Below the pieces are notes generated by a model that had not been told where the DNA came from, did no database searches, and saw only the letters and a list, made by a program, of their open reading frames with translations. The translations under genes were made by a program, and so were the position numbers. 64,000 nt of DNA from Yuukianura sp. NJ FZ-2021 (Eukaryota), in contig CM102289.1 in NCBI GenBank assembly GCA_046563655.1, positions 4,030,001 to 4,094,000 on the forward strand. Direction: 5' to 3'. The number at the start of each line of letters is the position of its first letter. Position 1 is the stretch's first letter. Positions 10,415-25,500 of this stretch are shown here, in pieces.

Positions 10415-13400
10415 TGTGTGACTTTCATTTGTCGTACTTTTAAAAGCGTTTGTTAAACTCAAAAACTACAATTTCTTTTTCGCTTGTAACGTAATACTTT
10501 CACTCATGCATTCAATCGACATGTACTTAAGGAGTCTATATTTTGTTTGGTTGTTTTTCCAACTGATCAATGTGAAAGACACGAACAAGTGTATCTATTC
10601 TGAAATAAGTTCAATTTAGATACTAGTCCGATGGAATGAAAAGTGACGAAATAATTACGGCGAAAAGTGTCCAATTTCTAGTCATAATCGTGCCAACGAA
10701 GTCAAGAGATGTTTTATTCAAGTTCAAGTCTCCGAAAGAAAGGAAATTGGGTGTTGAACATGGAACAACCCCATAATGGTGCATGAAATGTCATTTTGGA
10801 ACTGCTCCTAATTTGGAGTGATGATGAACGAGTACTCTATGCATACTGGAGCACGACTTTATTCCATAATGATAGCTTGGCTACGCCCTTTTCTAATCCC
10901 AAATGGAAACTGTTTCTCCAACTTTGTTTTTTTTTCTGGACGAGGTCACATTTTTTGTTCAATTCCAACCGGGTTTTATTTGAAGTCCTTCCGCTTTCTT
11001 TCCATTTTTTTTTCACTTTTCACTATATACTCCTAAAACACTATGATTAGCACTTGACATGGTATGCAATCGTAGGGTTTTGCCGACGCACTGACTATAA
11101 AAACCCCCTGTGGTAAACTTAGCTTAAAAATTGGCTCATCCACGACTGGGTTGTGCAAAACGATTTTTATAGTAGTAGTAATTTCATTCTTTTGGTTACT
11201 AGTTTAAAAAAATATACTCAACTACGGTATAAAGTGCGGTTTAAATTTGAATTTTTGGAACTGAATTCGAATGATAAGCACAGGGCGGCCCTACCGTTGG
11301 GCTTTACGAAGTCAAGAATACGCCATAGATACGAAGTTCAAATTCCACTATTTCTTGATAGGTGGCCTCGGAGCATGAAATTATTACTGCTGTATGCATG
11401 CAAAAGCTAATTTAATTGATACTTAGCATGTAAAAAATATTCCACTCCAGCCAATGTAGAAAGTGTGGCAAGGACACAAAGTAAAAGAGTATGAAAGGAA
11501 AATTATTTCCATCACAGCTTTCCATTCACAAATCCAAACTTTCCCTGAGAAAGTGAAGATGGCGAAAGTGGAAAAGTCAACTCAACTTCAACAACATTCA
11601 TTACACTTCAATTCCAATACACGACTCAACTCCGAGATGATTTTGATTAGTAGGGCTATTATTTGCAACGTTCTAGTTTTTTTCTCCAATTCTTCATCCT
11701 TTTCATCTTGGAAAAGTTAAAGTGCGTGTCATTAGCCGAACATCATTCTAAACTTGTATTGCGACTGCTACTCAGATCTTCCCACTCATCAATCAATCTC
11801 ACGAAGATCTTGTTTGTGACAAGGAGGATGTTACGCCCACAGCTTCCTTGTTACTAGAGGATCTGCTGAGAAGGGAGGCTTAGCGCCCTACTTTCTTCCA
11901 TAATCCCTTTGTCCATACTTCTAGCCTAACTTATTAAAAATCATCATATTCGCATTCAAAGTAAAAGTTTTTCCATTTTTTCAAGAACTTATCCCTAGCC
12001 TGGCAATTACTGTCTAGCCAAATTGTAGGTTTAATAGGCGTTAGAGCCACATTGCCATCCTTAGTCGTGTCAGTAAGTTGCAGAAGTTATTTGGTCCCCG
12101 CAGGGGGCTAGAAACCTTAGAAAAACATCTCTTCTGTGTCCTATGTCGTGTGGGAATGTGAGATGTGAGAATTGTGGTAAGCAGATAAAGGTACTTCACA
12201 AGGGAGTTCACTCTGAAACCATATACTGTGGATTATCGAAAGCCTGCCATGGGATTCTGAATAGTAACAGAAACATTTACAGTTCATAACCATATTATAT
12301 GCGGAATAAAACTTCCTGCATTTTCTTTTCTCCTGTTGTTACTATACTTTTGGATTTAAAGTATGGACTTGAATGATGCTTCAAAAAATTCTATGGGAAA
12401 GGCGGGGAAAGATGAAGCTTTGAATTTGAGTTTTTCTTTCTTTGAGAAAGTGATAAGCGGCGGCAATGAGACTGTACGAGAAGAAAGTTCTCTAATGCTC
12501 ATTTTCTTCGGACCATTCTCATGATTTCAAACGATCCAAGCTTCATAGGTGTATCTGTCTTCCGCCGGCTTCATTTGATTCCAGGAGAGTATTGGACGGA
12601 CTGGTGTAGACCGCAGCAATATCACGGGCCAGAACTTAATCTATGCTAACCTAGTAATGTCTGATTGTGACCGTGAATAAAACGGCGGTACATAAAACCC
12701 GTCTCGAAAGCTACTCGGTGCACAAATGCCCGTCCATAAAAGTCAAGTCATGTCTTCAATTCTGCTTCTGCTGTTGCTTAATCGTCCCCGTGGGCTCTGT
12801 TCCAACAGAACTAGAACCGTTTCTGGACCTGTCAACACCAGCACCATCGTGTCCTTGCTTTTACTTTGTTCGCATGGGAGAAAGTAAGCGGAATTAAAGA
12901 TGCTGAGCTCAATTAAAACTTCTCAAAGGAAACTCCGGGACATGTTGACAGTTGAATCAAATGAACTTGGTGAAACTCCAGTTAGTTGACAATTTAGCCG
13001 CCGCTTTGGGTATTATAAACTCGTTCTACCCAGCCTCAACTTTCACTGCAAACTCTGACAAGACAAAATCTGACGAAAGGCTTCGGGATTAGCTTCCGGC
13101 AAGAAATGCGTTGCATATTAAAACATTCACTCGAAAAAAATACTCATGTTATATATATAATATCGAATATTGTAAGACTGTATTAAATTTTTTCTAATGT
13201 ATCAACGGTACTGTAAATACCATGAAACTGCTACACTATTCTATTTTTACTAACTACTTTGAAGTTTTTTGTCAAGTCCTCTACTTTTCATTTGTTGATC
13301 GTCTCATGTTTAGTGAGTGTTAAAGACGCAACACTTACTCCGTGAAGCCCATGCCAGAAGTCATCATCATAATAGCGCTGTTGGAATGTGGAAAGAGCCA

Positions 13401-13673
13401 GACGTCAATTTCAATTTTCCCACCCGGGTAGCGCGAGAGCGAGAAGGCAAAGTAAACTTTGATCAAAGAAACTTCGGATAGGATAAAAGAGGATTTGGAT
13501 CCCGCAGAAAAACTTTCTTCATCAATCGGATTGAGAAATACATTTGTGGTCCCGTCAGCCAAAAAGACCTTGGTGGTTTCACATTTATTTATTTATGTAT
13601 TTATTTATTTAGATATTTCTACCAAGTTGTACTAGTATATGTTAAGTTTTTTTAAATTGTTGAACAAAAAATT

Positions 13674-14057
13674 TTACATTCGGAGTGCAATGAGTCCAGT
13701 GAAGACCATGACGAATGAGACAATTCCGTTGGAATTAGCGGCATTGTGACCATGTTGACTTCCACTACCACCGCTGTTGCCACCATGTGATTGGGCCAGA
13801 GCGTAGGGTGCTTGGGCAAAGTCTTCCTGTCGTACTGGAATGCACTTGTCCAATTCGGAAACGTAACCCCATGGAATATAGCTTTCTTCGTCAACTTTGC
13901 ATTCGCAAACTTGTTTCATGGAACAGACCAAATTCTTTGCTTCGTCGCAGAGCTTGTCAGTGCAACTTTCCTTGTGACCGGCTTGGATAGATTCCCATGC
14001 AACGGCGCTAGAAACAAACAAGGCAAGAGCCAGTACAACAGTGAGTTTGGCGGCCAT
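13674..14057 (-). CDS. Small secreted six-Cys (EB-module-like) protein, probably GPI-anchored
   Basis: Signal peptide MAAKLTVVLALALFVSSAVA, six Cys including CEC, Gly/Ser linker and hydrophobic C-terminal tail. TATA-like box near 14170. Confidence 0.8.
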   Translation of the reverse strand: MAAKLTVVLALALFVSSAVAWESIQAGHKESCTDKLCDEAKNLVCSMKQVCECKVDEESYIPWGYVSELDKCIPVRQEDFAQAPYALAQSHGGNSGGSGSQHGHNAANSNGIVSFVMVFTGLIALRM

Positions 14058-17000
14058 TATGATTCTGATGGTGTGCAAAGTTGGTAAAGTTCAAAAGTGC
14101 TTCGGCTGAGCAGTATACAGAATAGATCCAAGTCTGAAACTGAAAAGTTGCTGAAAAACGGGTACTAATATATAGGACTTTGCACTGACTGACTAACTGG
14201 GAGTTAGTTTACCTTGAAATACTGAACTACTAATTGTCGGTTCCAGGTTCAGATTGGTTATATCTAATCTTGCTTCGAAAGGTCCAAAGTTGCCATTTCC
14301 TTTGTCAATGTTACTTGTTTATTCTGCAAACAATTTTTTTTCATTTCCTTCACTTTGAAGTCACGTCAATCTTTTCAGTTTACTCATCCACTCCAACTTC
14401 ATCCGTTTTTCGAAGAAGAAGAGAGCACAACTGCTTGGGCAAAAATTTCATTACTAACCTTCATGGAACAATGTTTGGTTGCACGAGTCATACTTCCGAC
14501 TAGGATTCATGGTCATAACATGCTTCAACTAAAATCTAAAACTCGTGTCATTTTTATGACATTTTGAATTCTTCAGCATTATCAGCTCTCCACTTTGATT
14601 ATTAGTCATTATATTTTACTTCAACTAACATACGATACATCACCTAATTTATCTTAATGTTATAAAGTACTTGCAAGATTGCAAGAAAATAAGCAAAGTG
14701 ACTAATAATTCCCCAGATTTGCTCCAAATCAAATAAGTCTCAATTTCCTGCAGTTGATTCAACGTTATTCTACGTCGGCTTCGTTTGAACTAGATAAGAA
14801 ATCGATGCTGCATTACTTAAAAATTGAAGGTATAGGCTTGAATTGGAGCAAAGTTGGACATAAGTCTCAAATTCTAACTAAAAACCAATATTGAACTAAT
14901 TTAATTAGAGGCTTTACGGTTTCTGAATTCTACCATACACACAAATATTTCATGTAATTTCACTGTCTCTGGAACTGGAAACTTCCACGGATTTGAAATA
15001 CGCAATGGTGGAACCAATTAAATGCCATCCATCTGAATTTACATTGTATTCTTAAAAGGTCAATCTCCCTAGACAGCAAGTCTTGCGAGACTCACGATTG
15101 TGACCTTTCCAGAAGTTCTTGGCTCAGCAAAAACATGGAAGAATAATGTTCTACCAAACTGCGTCGAGTCGCTAGTTTGCATCTCCTATTGAAATATTCC
15201 CTCGAATCTTCAAAATATTCATGCGGAAACGAAAGAAGTTCTAGTACTAACTTTGAGTATCAAAACGGAATTAACAGGAGAAGAAAGGATTTTAAGCACA
15301 AGCATTTCGACAGGTCTGGAAATAAAATGAAGTGCTGCAGAAAACTTGAACACGCTTTCCCATTCCATTTTAACTCGCAGAATGCAGTAGGCAGTGAATA
15401 ATAAAACTCACATTTAGAACGTTCCAATGCCATTTCTCATTTTCCGACTTATTGATTACACATTTTTCACTTTCCGGTATATTCTCCATTCTCCAGTCGA
15501 GAAAGACTGTTCCAAATTATGAGAATCTGAACTTTCTCCGTGACAATGAAGGAGGTAGGATTTTGAAATGACTTGTTTTTACTACACAGCTTTCCCGTGG
15601 TATAACTTTCACCAAAATATCCTCCAAGGCGACAACTTTTTTTTAACTCTGGGTTGAATGCTGTGCTAGGTTGGGTTTACAGTTGGGGAAAAACAGGCTA
15701 TTGATGAATATTTTGCGCCTGAGTTGACGACTTAACGACTTTGAGAACAAGGAAAAGTGAAAGAGAGAGAAAGTCCTAAAATTCAAAAAGAAAAAAAAAT
15801 ATAGGCTTCCGCCCTCTCCTGAGAATGAGTTTCCGACATGCAAAAAAATTCGGTGCTACTAAATTCCAAATTTATGGTCAACGGACGCTTTAAGGCTTTT
15901 TGAGTTGGAATAAGCTAGGGAAACAGTTCTTATATGTGACCTTTCCAACGGACTTCCAAACTATACTTGTTCCTTTAGTTGAGCAAATGTAGTTTTTTTA
16001 GAGAAGAAAAAATCTTAGCCAAAAATGAATGTATTTTTGTTCGGACTTGACGTCGAAGGCACTCTCTGGACTTGAATTTGTAGTTGTAGCAGAATCCCAT
16101 TTTAGAATTGAAACGCTGACTTGAATTTCCTATTGCATCTTCTGCCATGAGGGAAAGAACATCTTCCATCCAATTATTTCCAGAGTCATCTTTCTTTTCG
16201 GAGTGAGGGAAGCGTATGCTCTTCACTTTGACGATGTACGCAGCCTGGGAATTAATTTTAATTGCACCTCGTTGCAATTTCTATCTCTTCCGTGCTCTTG
16301 TTATTAAATTCCATCTCACTGCCTAAAGTTAATGACCAACCTCCCGATCTCTCTATGTTAGAAACAACTATGGGAACGGTGCTTAGATATGACCGGGAAA
16401 GCGGGTCATAAATTTACTAAGGTCTATAAAAACCAAAACTACCGCACTCTCTTCCTCAGGGCTTAGGTGTTGCTAGTAAGAAAACAATAATTACGGATAA
16501 CGACCATTAGAAAGGTTCGCATCAGACATGCGTCGAGGAATACAAAAACGGCATTTTGTCCAATCTAGTAACTAATACAGTTCCTAGAATAACAAAAAAT
16601 TTCACGTAATCTTTGTTACTATTTTGTATGGCCAAGCCAAGGTTGTTTAAAATCAAAACTTTGTTTTTTTTTCACCAGGTTATACCATAACTTCTTCTTT
16701 CAAATTTTCAAACTTTCTTAACCGCACATTTGTCACAGCTCCGTTGCGTTAGCAATTCAAAATCAAAACTATGACTCAGCAACGTGAAAATTAAGAAAAT
16801 CGACAGGCTATTGTGAAATTCAACAAAATTAGCAAAAAATTGGTACAAAAGCTGTTTTCCTGTGTTTTTGAAAAAAGAAGAAAGAAAAAAGAGTTATGGC
16901 ATAACCTGTTAGAGCACTTGTATAAATGAGCGCCATAGCAACCTTGGGCCAAATTGAATCTGACAGAGAAACGCAATGCATCAGTTTGTATTCTAATCGT

Positions 17001-20000
17001 AAGCACACGACGGAGAAAGCAAAATCATCGCTAGTTTGTAGTAGCTTCAGTGTAGCCCCACTCATTCAGAATTTATTTTTAACAAAATTATAAATTTAAA
17101 TAATCAAAACCTTAACATTATTTAAATTGATGAATAGAGTGGTGTGTAAATTTAAGTTAAGTTTTGTAATGCACACCTCATTCCATCTGGGCACATAAAT
17201 GTTTAAGAGTATATTTGAAGTTTGTAATATTTTGAACAATTTTTAAGTAGCTTTTGTGCAAAATAATTTGTGTGGACAAGTGGTGTGTGGTGGCTGGCAA
17301 TTGAGATTCAAAAGATCCATTCTGGCTTATACGGTTCTGTCTTATCCTACGTGATCATTCGATTTGAGTCAATGGAGCTTTTGGTGAAGCGTCATTTGTT
17401 ATTATTCAAGACAATGGGAGAAATGGTGTGAAAGTGAACCTATGCGGACTATGTGTATTTTAACAAAAGAGTTTGAGTTTGAGTTTCAATGAAAGTTTGA
17501 TCAATAGCACCCACCAAAATGGAACTTTTGAATTTCCAGAATTAGTAAAAGTTGAATCCTTTTCATGTTTAGAAGCCGAAAACCACATTCGAAAAGTTAT
17601 GTCCATTGGAGTCCATATTTTCTGTGTTTACGTAGAACATCCGTCTAATTCCAGTTAGTTTGTGTGGGTGTAAGCTTTGTGTGGCATCGAAACAATTTAG
17701 GTTTTTAGGCCGCGAAAACACAAAATTGTGGCCGAAGTCCTTCTCCTGATCGATTCCAACTTTTGATGGCCATTTTTTGAATGTCACCAACACCAAACCC
17801 AATTTCGCTTCTGAAAAATACAAAGAAACAAAGCCTTTACTTTTGCAGTTTCGAACTTCAAGAAGTTTAACACGCGAAGAACTAATAGCACATCAGCATC
17901 GATTGCACCAAAAGCATAGCGTGTGACTTTGACTTTGCATTTGGAATTCCTTCCCGCGCACCTTTCCATTTTCTTTTGCTACGTTCAATAGAAAAAAGCA
18001 CTTAAATTTAAAGAACGGAGCGGATTAAGTTAGATGGTTATGACCTCCATATTTTTGTTATAACGTACAAAGAGCTCTCCAGGACCTCGCCCACTATAAA
18101 TCCCATAAACTTCACATTCTCCCCAATTTAAGATCCCATTGGATTTTATATGTTTTCAATGTGCCAATGGTTGAGGAGGTCATTGGGGCTTGAGTGAAAG
18201 TCACTTTCACCAATTCCTGAAACTAAGTGGAGTTTTGGAGGATGATAAGAGGGTAGCAATTCCTGGAAACTGGCGATCGGGATTTGTAGGTTATCCGTGC
18301 GAACCTACCTAACTTATTATGACTCGTAATGGTGAGTCATGCGCAGTTGAAACGAAGTGTATATAACGAGTATGTGCATTTATCGAAAACTGAATGATGT
18401 CTGTCGACGTAAACTTTGCCATCCGTGCAACCGAGAGCAAAAGCTGGGTTAAAAAACTGGTACTTTGGGGTTGTTCCGGCTTTCAAAAAATAAAATTCCA
18501 GAAATCCCTTATGCTCTTTAAGTTGCGCGCATACTGAAGACACGCCTACGGCGAACTTGCCAATTTAGGTGTAATGAAAAAGTTGTTTTACAAAACTTAA
18601 TTAATAGATTTCACCTAACCAACTCAAATTAAAGCATGTTAGCCGAAATGTAATTTGTCTTTCCATATTTCAAAAATGTCGTTCAGTTTAAATAAATAAC
18701 GAGCTGCCATCACGTCCACAGTTGTCCTTGCTATACCGACTTGCTAGAAGCTTCCTTCGGTTCGCTGTTCCATGCGGATTTGGAAACCCGTATCGAAGCG
18801 TCGCAGTCCTAACCAGAAACGTGCTACTAATAAATCGAAGGGGCGGTGGTTCAAGTAACAGAGTTTGGAGAAAGCCTTGTCTCCTTTTTGCAGCTAATGT
18901 AGGTTGGGTGAACCCTGGAAATTGCTTTAGCAGGGCTTAATTTTGTGGAAAGTCCTGAGAGCAACAGCCACAGAATCCAAAAAGGTCGACAGACCACTTT
19001 ACGAATCTTCGTTGGCCAAAGTGGCTTCTGGAACTTCCACACTTTGGGTTTGTAGCTTTCACAGCTTCCAGTCTCTAGATGGTTAAGTTCATGTTACGCC
19101 CTGAAACACTGCACTGGAGAAAGTGAAAGTACTAACAAAGAGAGGCTTTTGAAAGTTGTGGTGGGAAAGCAGAAATTGAGTTTATAGTCTTCTCAAATGT
19201 AAGAAGACAGGAGCCTCCGTTGCAAAATTAGAATAATTAGCACAAAGTTTAAGAAGGGCGGAGTCCAGCTTCCTTCCGGACAAAGCAGAAACCTCTCAGC
19301 CTAATTTGACTTAATTGTTCAAAATATGATTATCTGTGCTCATGCTTTGTCTCTACTTGCGAAGACGACGTAGCTTAAATTCCCTTGGCTCCCACTGATA
19401 CAGGATGTTAGGTTAGGTTAAAGACGACAGAGAACGATTCGACTCCAACTTAATCGTCTTATTTATGTCCAAACTTTCTTATTGGACATTTTTTGAAGAG
19501 TAATCCTAAAAGTCCATTTTCCCCAGCCAAATATCCGCTCAGTTCTCTACTACACCCTGGGACCAAGAAATAAGCATTAGTATGAGACTCGGAGGGAAAA
19601 AACTCAAACTTTTCCTGCTTTCCTAACTTTTAGGACCAAACTTTTACTTTATCATGCCTTGCCGCCAAACAATGCCTCTAATTCCAAGCCCAGCGCCCAC
19701 ATTTCACATGAGTTATACTACTCTAAAGAATTCATACAAGTACAAATCTGGGTCAGGAATCATTGACACAACTTGTACTTTCATGTTAACAAAATTGGAA
19801 CACGCTCGTAATATAATATTGGCTTGGTATAGTTGTTCAACTACAAAGTTACGTTCAAGCCACAACAACAAGGTCAAAAGATTATGCTAGGCTAACAAAT
19901 TCAAAACTCTTGCGTCTAGAGATGACTGAGCCAGAATGTAAATGACGCTCTAAATAGCCATTTGCGCCAGCAAAAACCCAAAACCTATCTTAATCTTAAT

Positions 20001-21004
20001 CACGCGTGTCCAATTTTTTCAACTCAATTTGACATATTCAAATAAATCCTTCCTCTTTCTTTCGTTTCCTTCAGTCCATTTAACTTTTCGCTCCAAAGGG
20101 TTCTCCGTTTACCGTATTTGCATAAGAGGAGAAAAACGAATTTTCGCCTTCTTTTTCATACTTGAGCATGCTAGAATTTAAAAAAAAATATTATGAGAAA
20201 GGGGCTATCGCACACTGTAATAGTAAAATATTGCCCTTGGATTTTGGCATTTTGGACAGGCCGGACGAGTTTTTTGTGTTAGTCGTGGTGGTAGCGGCGG
20301 GAAAATTTGAAAAGTTATTCCAACTTTGTCTTGCCATAAATTCAAAAAACAGAGTCATGGGATTTGAATGAATAAAAAATGATGAAGAAAAAGGATGAGC
20401 TGCTCGGAAGAACGAAGTTAAAAATGAAATTAGATTTAAGAAAATTCTTGGTTTCAGAGTCTTTAGCTCGAGTGTCATCGATTTTCAGGAAAAAGTTTAA
20501 TTAGAGGGTCTACCACGACTGAGAAAGAAAAAATCAAAAAAAAGTTCTGGATGAAATCCGCTGGGACGTGAGAAATTTTGGGACCAAAGGAACCGATGTG
20601 ATCTGCGAACTTCTAATCAATCGGAGACTACGGTGACGGTTATTCAAAGTTTCATGCAGATTCAAAACTTAACTTTAAAAAAAAAAGCCAAATCTAGACC
20701 TAGTGAACATAAAAATAACTTTTACAAACTGAACTTCACAGGAAAAATATATAAACGAAGGAAATGTTAAGTTGTAAGATGTCCCTTTAGTTGAGAAATG
20801 TACTGAAAAAACCGGCCGTAACCCTGTGTGTACAAAAGTAGCGAAGCAAGAAATGGCGCTGCATTATCAAACAGCTAATAACAATGGTACACTATGTGAA
20901 CAAATAGTGTACTATAGTTATAATATTCGTTCAAAGGAAAAAAAGTTGACCTTTGACTAGGAGGGAGGCCATTTATGGTCTCATAAAACACACAAAAGTT
21001 GCTC

Positions 21005-21272
21005 ATTTCATAAAGGCAAACAAGTTAAGTTGATTGTGAACAACTTTTGTAGAGGTCATTTTCCATGTTACCGGAGATACAACAGGTTGACCTTGACCTT
21101 TGACCCGGCAGGAGTCAAACGAAACTACGAAAATATTCAACAATGCACAGTACAGGATCACATGATGTTTACTGGTGAAAACAGAGATATTGAGTTTCCG
21201 AGATAATCGCCGCTTGACGGACGGACAGACAGAGAAGGTCAAACCATAAAGTAGCTAAGGTTTGCTACTTAA
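21005..21272 (+). mobile_element. DINE-1/HINE (Helentron-associated)-like repeat, copy 1
   Basis: Homologous to 23200-23490; contains a (GACG/GACA)n microsatellite and a terminal hairpin AAGTAGC-taaggttt-GCTACTT. Confidence 0.5.
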
Positions 21273-22586
21273 TAAATCCGAGCAAGTTTTACATCAAAAA
21301 AATTGAGATTTCATGCAGTAACGTTAGCGAACTTAAAAAGTAAAATTAATTCGAAATTTTAATAAATTTTACGCATGGCTTCTTTATAATATTCCTGCTT
21401 GTTTAGCCCCATCGCAAAAAGGCCTTTTAGTCATTTCTGTATTTTCCTCGAAGATAAATCTGGAAAGTTTTTCTATTTGCTCATGACTGCTACGCTGCCA
21501 GACCAAAAAGAAAGGATATGATTTTGAAGCCAGAGTTCTGATTATCATATTTTATACAAACAGATACGATTTCCAAGACATAAGCTTCGACTTTCAGGAT
21601 TTTCATTTTGAAATATATCGGAAGTAGACGAGGACACTGGACCGTATTCATCATCATTCGATCGATACAGTCCAAACATTTGAAAGGATTTCCACAAAAC
21701 GACTCACTTTCAACAACCACCAGACACATACACACAAAATCATCCAGCATAAATTCATCTGTCGAATGCTGTACATACGGCAGCAGAACTTCACCTAACA
21801 GCAGCAGAGTAACAGATTTGCATAAGCTGAGAAATGAGTCTTTCGAGAGATCCCATTTCAAATTTCGCGCTTCACTGATTTCCAGAATTTGAAGCTTTTA
21901 GATCCTGTTCGTCTTCACGCCGTCTGACTGACTTTGTCCATTACCCAAGAGGCTTTTAGGAAGTGATAGGAGAGAGATGGTATACAAATGCATACCTTTT
22001 CTCAACCACCAATAGAAATTTCAACCACTCCGACTGTAATTAAGGCCAAAGCGAGCAAATACTACTTGGAAATGACGAAAGAAGAGACTTACATTGAAGC
22101 GTCTGCTCCGTACAAAATTTTCCATGGAGTTCGTGACGCCACTTCTCCTTTTCCCGCACTTTCACCACAAACACCTTCCGTTTTCATTTGGAGTTTGTTA
22201 GAAATCAAATCCAAAGTGAGGCCTGGAGTGAGACACTTCATGATGTAGGAGCACAAATGTGGAAAATAATTGAAAGTTAGAAAAGTATTACAGAGTGAAC
22301 AGCCGGAGTGGCAAGAGAAAGCAGGCAGATGAAATTTTGTTTCAAGTTGGAGTTTGTTTCGTTCTTGTAGTAAACTTGAGTTGCACTTGTCGAAAAAGTA
22401 CCACTTTCCACTTTTACATTTAAAGAGCAAACTTTTTTGGTAATGTGTACAGCGCCAAATGTAGAGGAAATCATAACAGAACAAAGTCTGGTTAAGATTA
22501 TTGATTAACTTCTCTTCAACAACAGTAGGAATGAATCCACAGTTTTCATTTGTTTGTGAAGGATTTTTAATTTCATTAGACTTTTC

Positions 22587-25500
22587 CTAGTCACCGCCCA
22601 GTGAAAGAGCCTGAAAAAAACATTAAAATATTAACTACAAACAAGAACATAAAACCATCAGACCTCAATTTCATCATAACTCGCGCAGTTTTTAATTAAT
22701 GAATAAAGAATTATGAGAATGAGAACTGAATGAAATGATTTATTTTCAATCAAGCTGGAAAAAGTGATACGAAATTGAAGTTTTCAATTCTGAGTAAGCG
22801 TTAATTCATTTGCAATAAAAGTTTGAAACATTTTTAATTTCCTAGAAATTTTCAACTTAACTACGCGGGAAAAGGTTTTGCAACAAGAACCCACTAATAC
22901 CAATAAGCCGTTGTAAGCCCTTATGTAAGTAGCCAAATAAAAATGGAGTGCACAACCCGGAAGTTGTTCACTTCCGGGCAAACCGGAAACTGATTAATCA
23001 CCAGCAGGCCATGAGAAACTCATCTGGAGACAGATTGAAAATTGGTCCGGTGGTTTTTTAGCTATATACCCGTCTGGCTTGAGCGACGCTACTAACGTTT
23101 TGCAACTTATGATAGTTTATTACTAACATTGTGCACTTATGATAGTTTACTAGCGTTTTGCAACGTATGACGTATATATCTCAGGAACCGTAGGCCAAAA
23201 GTAAAGGTCACAAACATAAAAGCCGTTCGTCTCATTGAGTTGAACAACTTTTCTGGAGGTAAATTTCCGTTAAAAAAAGTGCTGACCTTGAACTTTGACC
23301 CGGAAGTTCTGTACTTCCGGTCAAACTGAAAACGTATTAATCACATGAAGTGCCACGTGAAGTTTATAAGAGAAACAGATTGAAGTACGGCGCAGTGGTT
23401 TCCAGAGTTATGTTGGCTATGATAGGGACAGACAGACAGACAGACTCGAAGAAAAACATAATGAAGCGGACTACTTTCGCTATTTATTAATGACACTGTG
23501 TTATATTAACTTGCCGTTGTAGTATATTTTTGTGAATTCAAAAACCTCCTAATAATAAGGAGAGCTTAAACTTAAAAAAATCGTGTTTGTCTTTCCTTTT
23601 TTTTTAAATGTGTTTTTGATAGTCAGAGCTAATAAATCTGAAGATGAGTGACTTTTGACGATGCAGAGCATGGCAGCCTACGCTTTCTTCCGTCTTCGCT
23701 GATTCCGGTTTTAGGTAGTAACAAGATTTATGCTTTTAGAGTAAAAACCTAATTTTTGGCGCGTGGATTCAAACTAAAAAGAATTATGTTACATCTTAAA
23801 TTTTTTTTTTGAAAGTATAGCTTGTAAGTTGGAAGCAAAAGACGCGTTTTTTTTGGAAAAGGACATTTCCAGGACGACAATTATTTTTAGTTATGTCGAC
23901 GTCTTCTTGGAGGTAGAGAGCGAAGTAAAGTTAAAATGAAATGGGTCTGGAGTGCTTTCTCCTTGACGATGCCATCCCCTCGGATAACAAGAAAAAACTT
24001 AAAACGTTTATCCTACAGAAGGACACGGATTTCCTGGAAAGAAAAACCGGGGTTTTCTGGGAAAGAATGCTTTGTACAAGGTACTTTCTAAGGAAAGTCC
24101 TAGAAAACCGAAGCCTCAATGTTCGGGAGCTCTTTTGGAAATTACAAAGAAAAAATCAAGGTTGGTTTCACGTTAGAGACGAAAACTGTTCCTAGCTTTT
24201 TGAACTACTAAAGTACAAAGCAACATTGGCTTTATTGTACTTTGTCGAGACATAAAATGACCAATTAGCCATCAACGACAATAATTATTGGAGTAATCAA
24301 ATGGTACCTCTCTTGTTTTATTCTGCAATTTAGCCTAATTCAAGGAATCCTTGAGCCACGCCTTTGCTATGATAAGAGTTGAAAACATTTTTTTTTTGCA
24401 ATCGACCGAAGATTTTTTTGCGTTTTTGTAGGAAAAAAAAAGCTCCAAATAAATCCGAGTGCCGAAAACTGCAACCTTAGACATTTTTTTTGGAAATGGG
24501 TGAAAGTTTAACTTTTATCGCACTTGGAGTGGGCCATGTAGGGTTATGTATCACGGTCCATTTTTTCAAACATTCCCAGTAATCCTATTAAAAACGACTA
24601 TGGGCATTGACAAAACTGTCTAGAAAAAAAGGCGTTATGATGAAACAATGTAAGACGTTGCAGTCCGGGAAGCGTGAAATTTCTTCTGAAGGACTTTGGC
24701 ATACGTATTGCCGCATTTACAACATTGACAAGGTTGTGTAGCTCTAAGGATATGATTACACAAACCTCCGTGCACGACGGCATGCCACATAAAATCTTTT
24801 CTTTCAATGCAAGAACGTAGGAAAATAATTGCCGCCGAATGTAGTATTCTTAGAGTCACTCTTGCGCTAACCTAATTGACTCACCAAATAGTATTATAAA
24901 TTTTGCACATCCAAAATGTGTGGTTGTGTTGGTTGTTGCGTAAGTGATTTTTTTAGTAAAATTGAAAGGCATCACCAAATACCCTTATCAGAAAACTCGT
25001 TCTACATGTGGGATGAAAGCTTAACTGAAACTGTAAGATGCAGCAAAAAAATATATTGTATTCCGAAATCGATTACGAAGAGTTTGTTTCAAAAGTTGTT
25101 TGAAAAAACAATATCTTCTATTCCCTATGGAACTTGAGAAGACGCTCCGCAACAGAAGCGAGTACACTGTCGAGTTCATGTTTGCAATGTAGTATTGACT
25201 AACCTGTACAATACGCGGATCCGCTTTACTTCCTTCTCTGAATTCATCTAGTGTTAGTTTGTTGTCATGGTTCTTGTCCATTTGATTGAAAATTTTGTCT
25301 ACCCTCTTCTGCGGTGTATTCTCATCGTCAGCTACTGGTTGCTGTCCCTAGAGAGGCAAAGAAACAGGAGTTGTTAGCTTTTACCACTTTCTATTTCGGA
25401 GGAGTTAAACGAGGAGATGGGTTAGGTTTGGTTAGATTGGTTTTGAAATGAGGAGGGAAGGCGATTTGTGGTCTGAGGTGTGTTTCGCCAAAGTTTTTCG

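Noticed and set aside
12560..13570. GC-richer patches and short ORFs (12667-12897, 13335-13562) with possible splice donors
   Set aside because: No coherent spliced ORF or recognisable motif could be assembled.
14200..22500. Many 60-130 aa ORFs, including an exon-like segment at 18700-19100
   Set aside because: No domain motifs or consistent gene model; probably intergenic sequence or frequenin 3'UTR.
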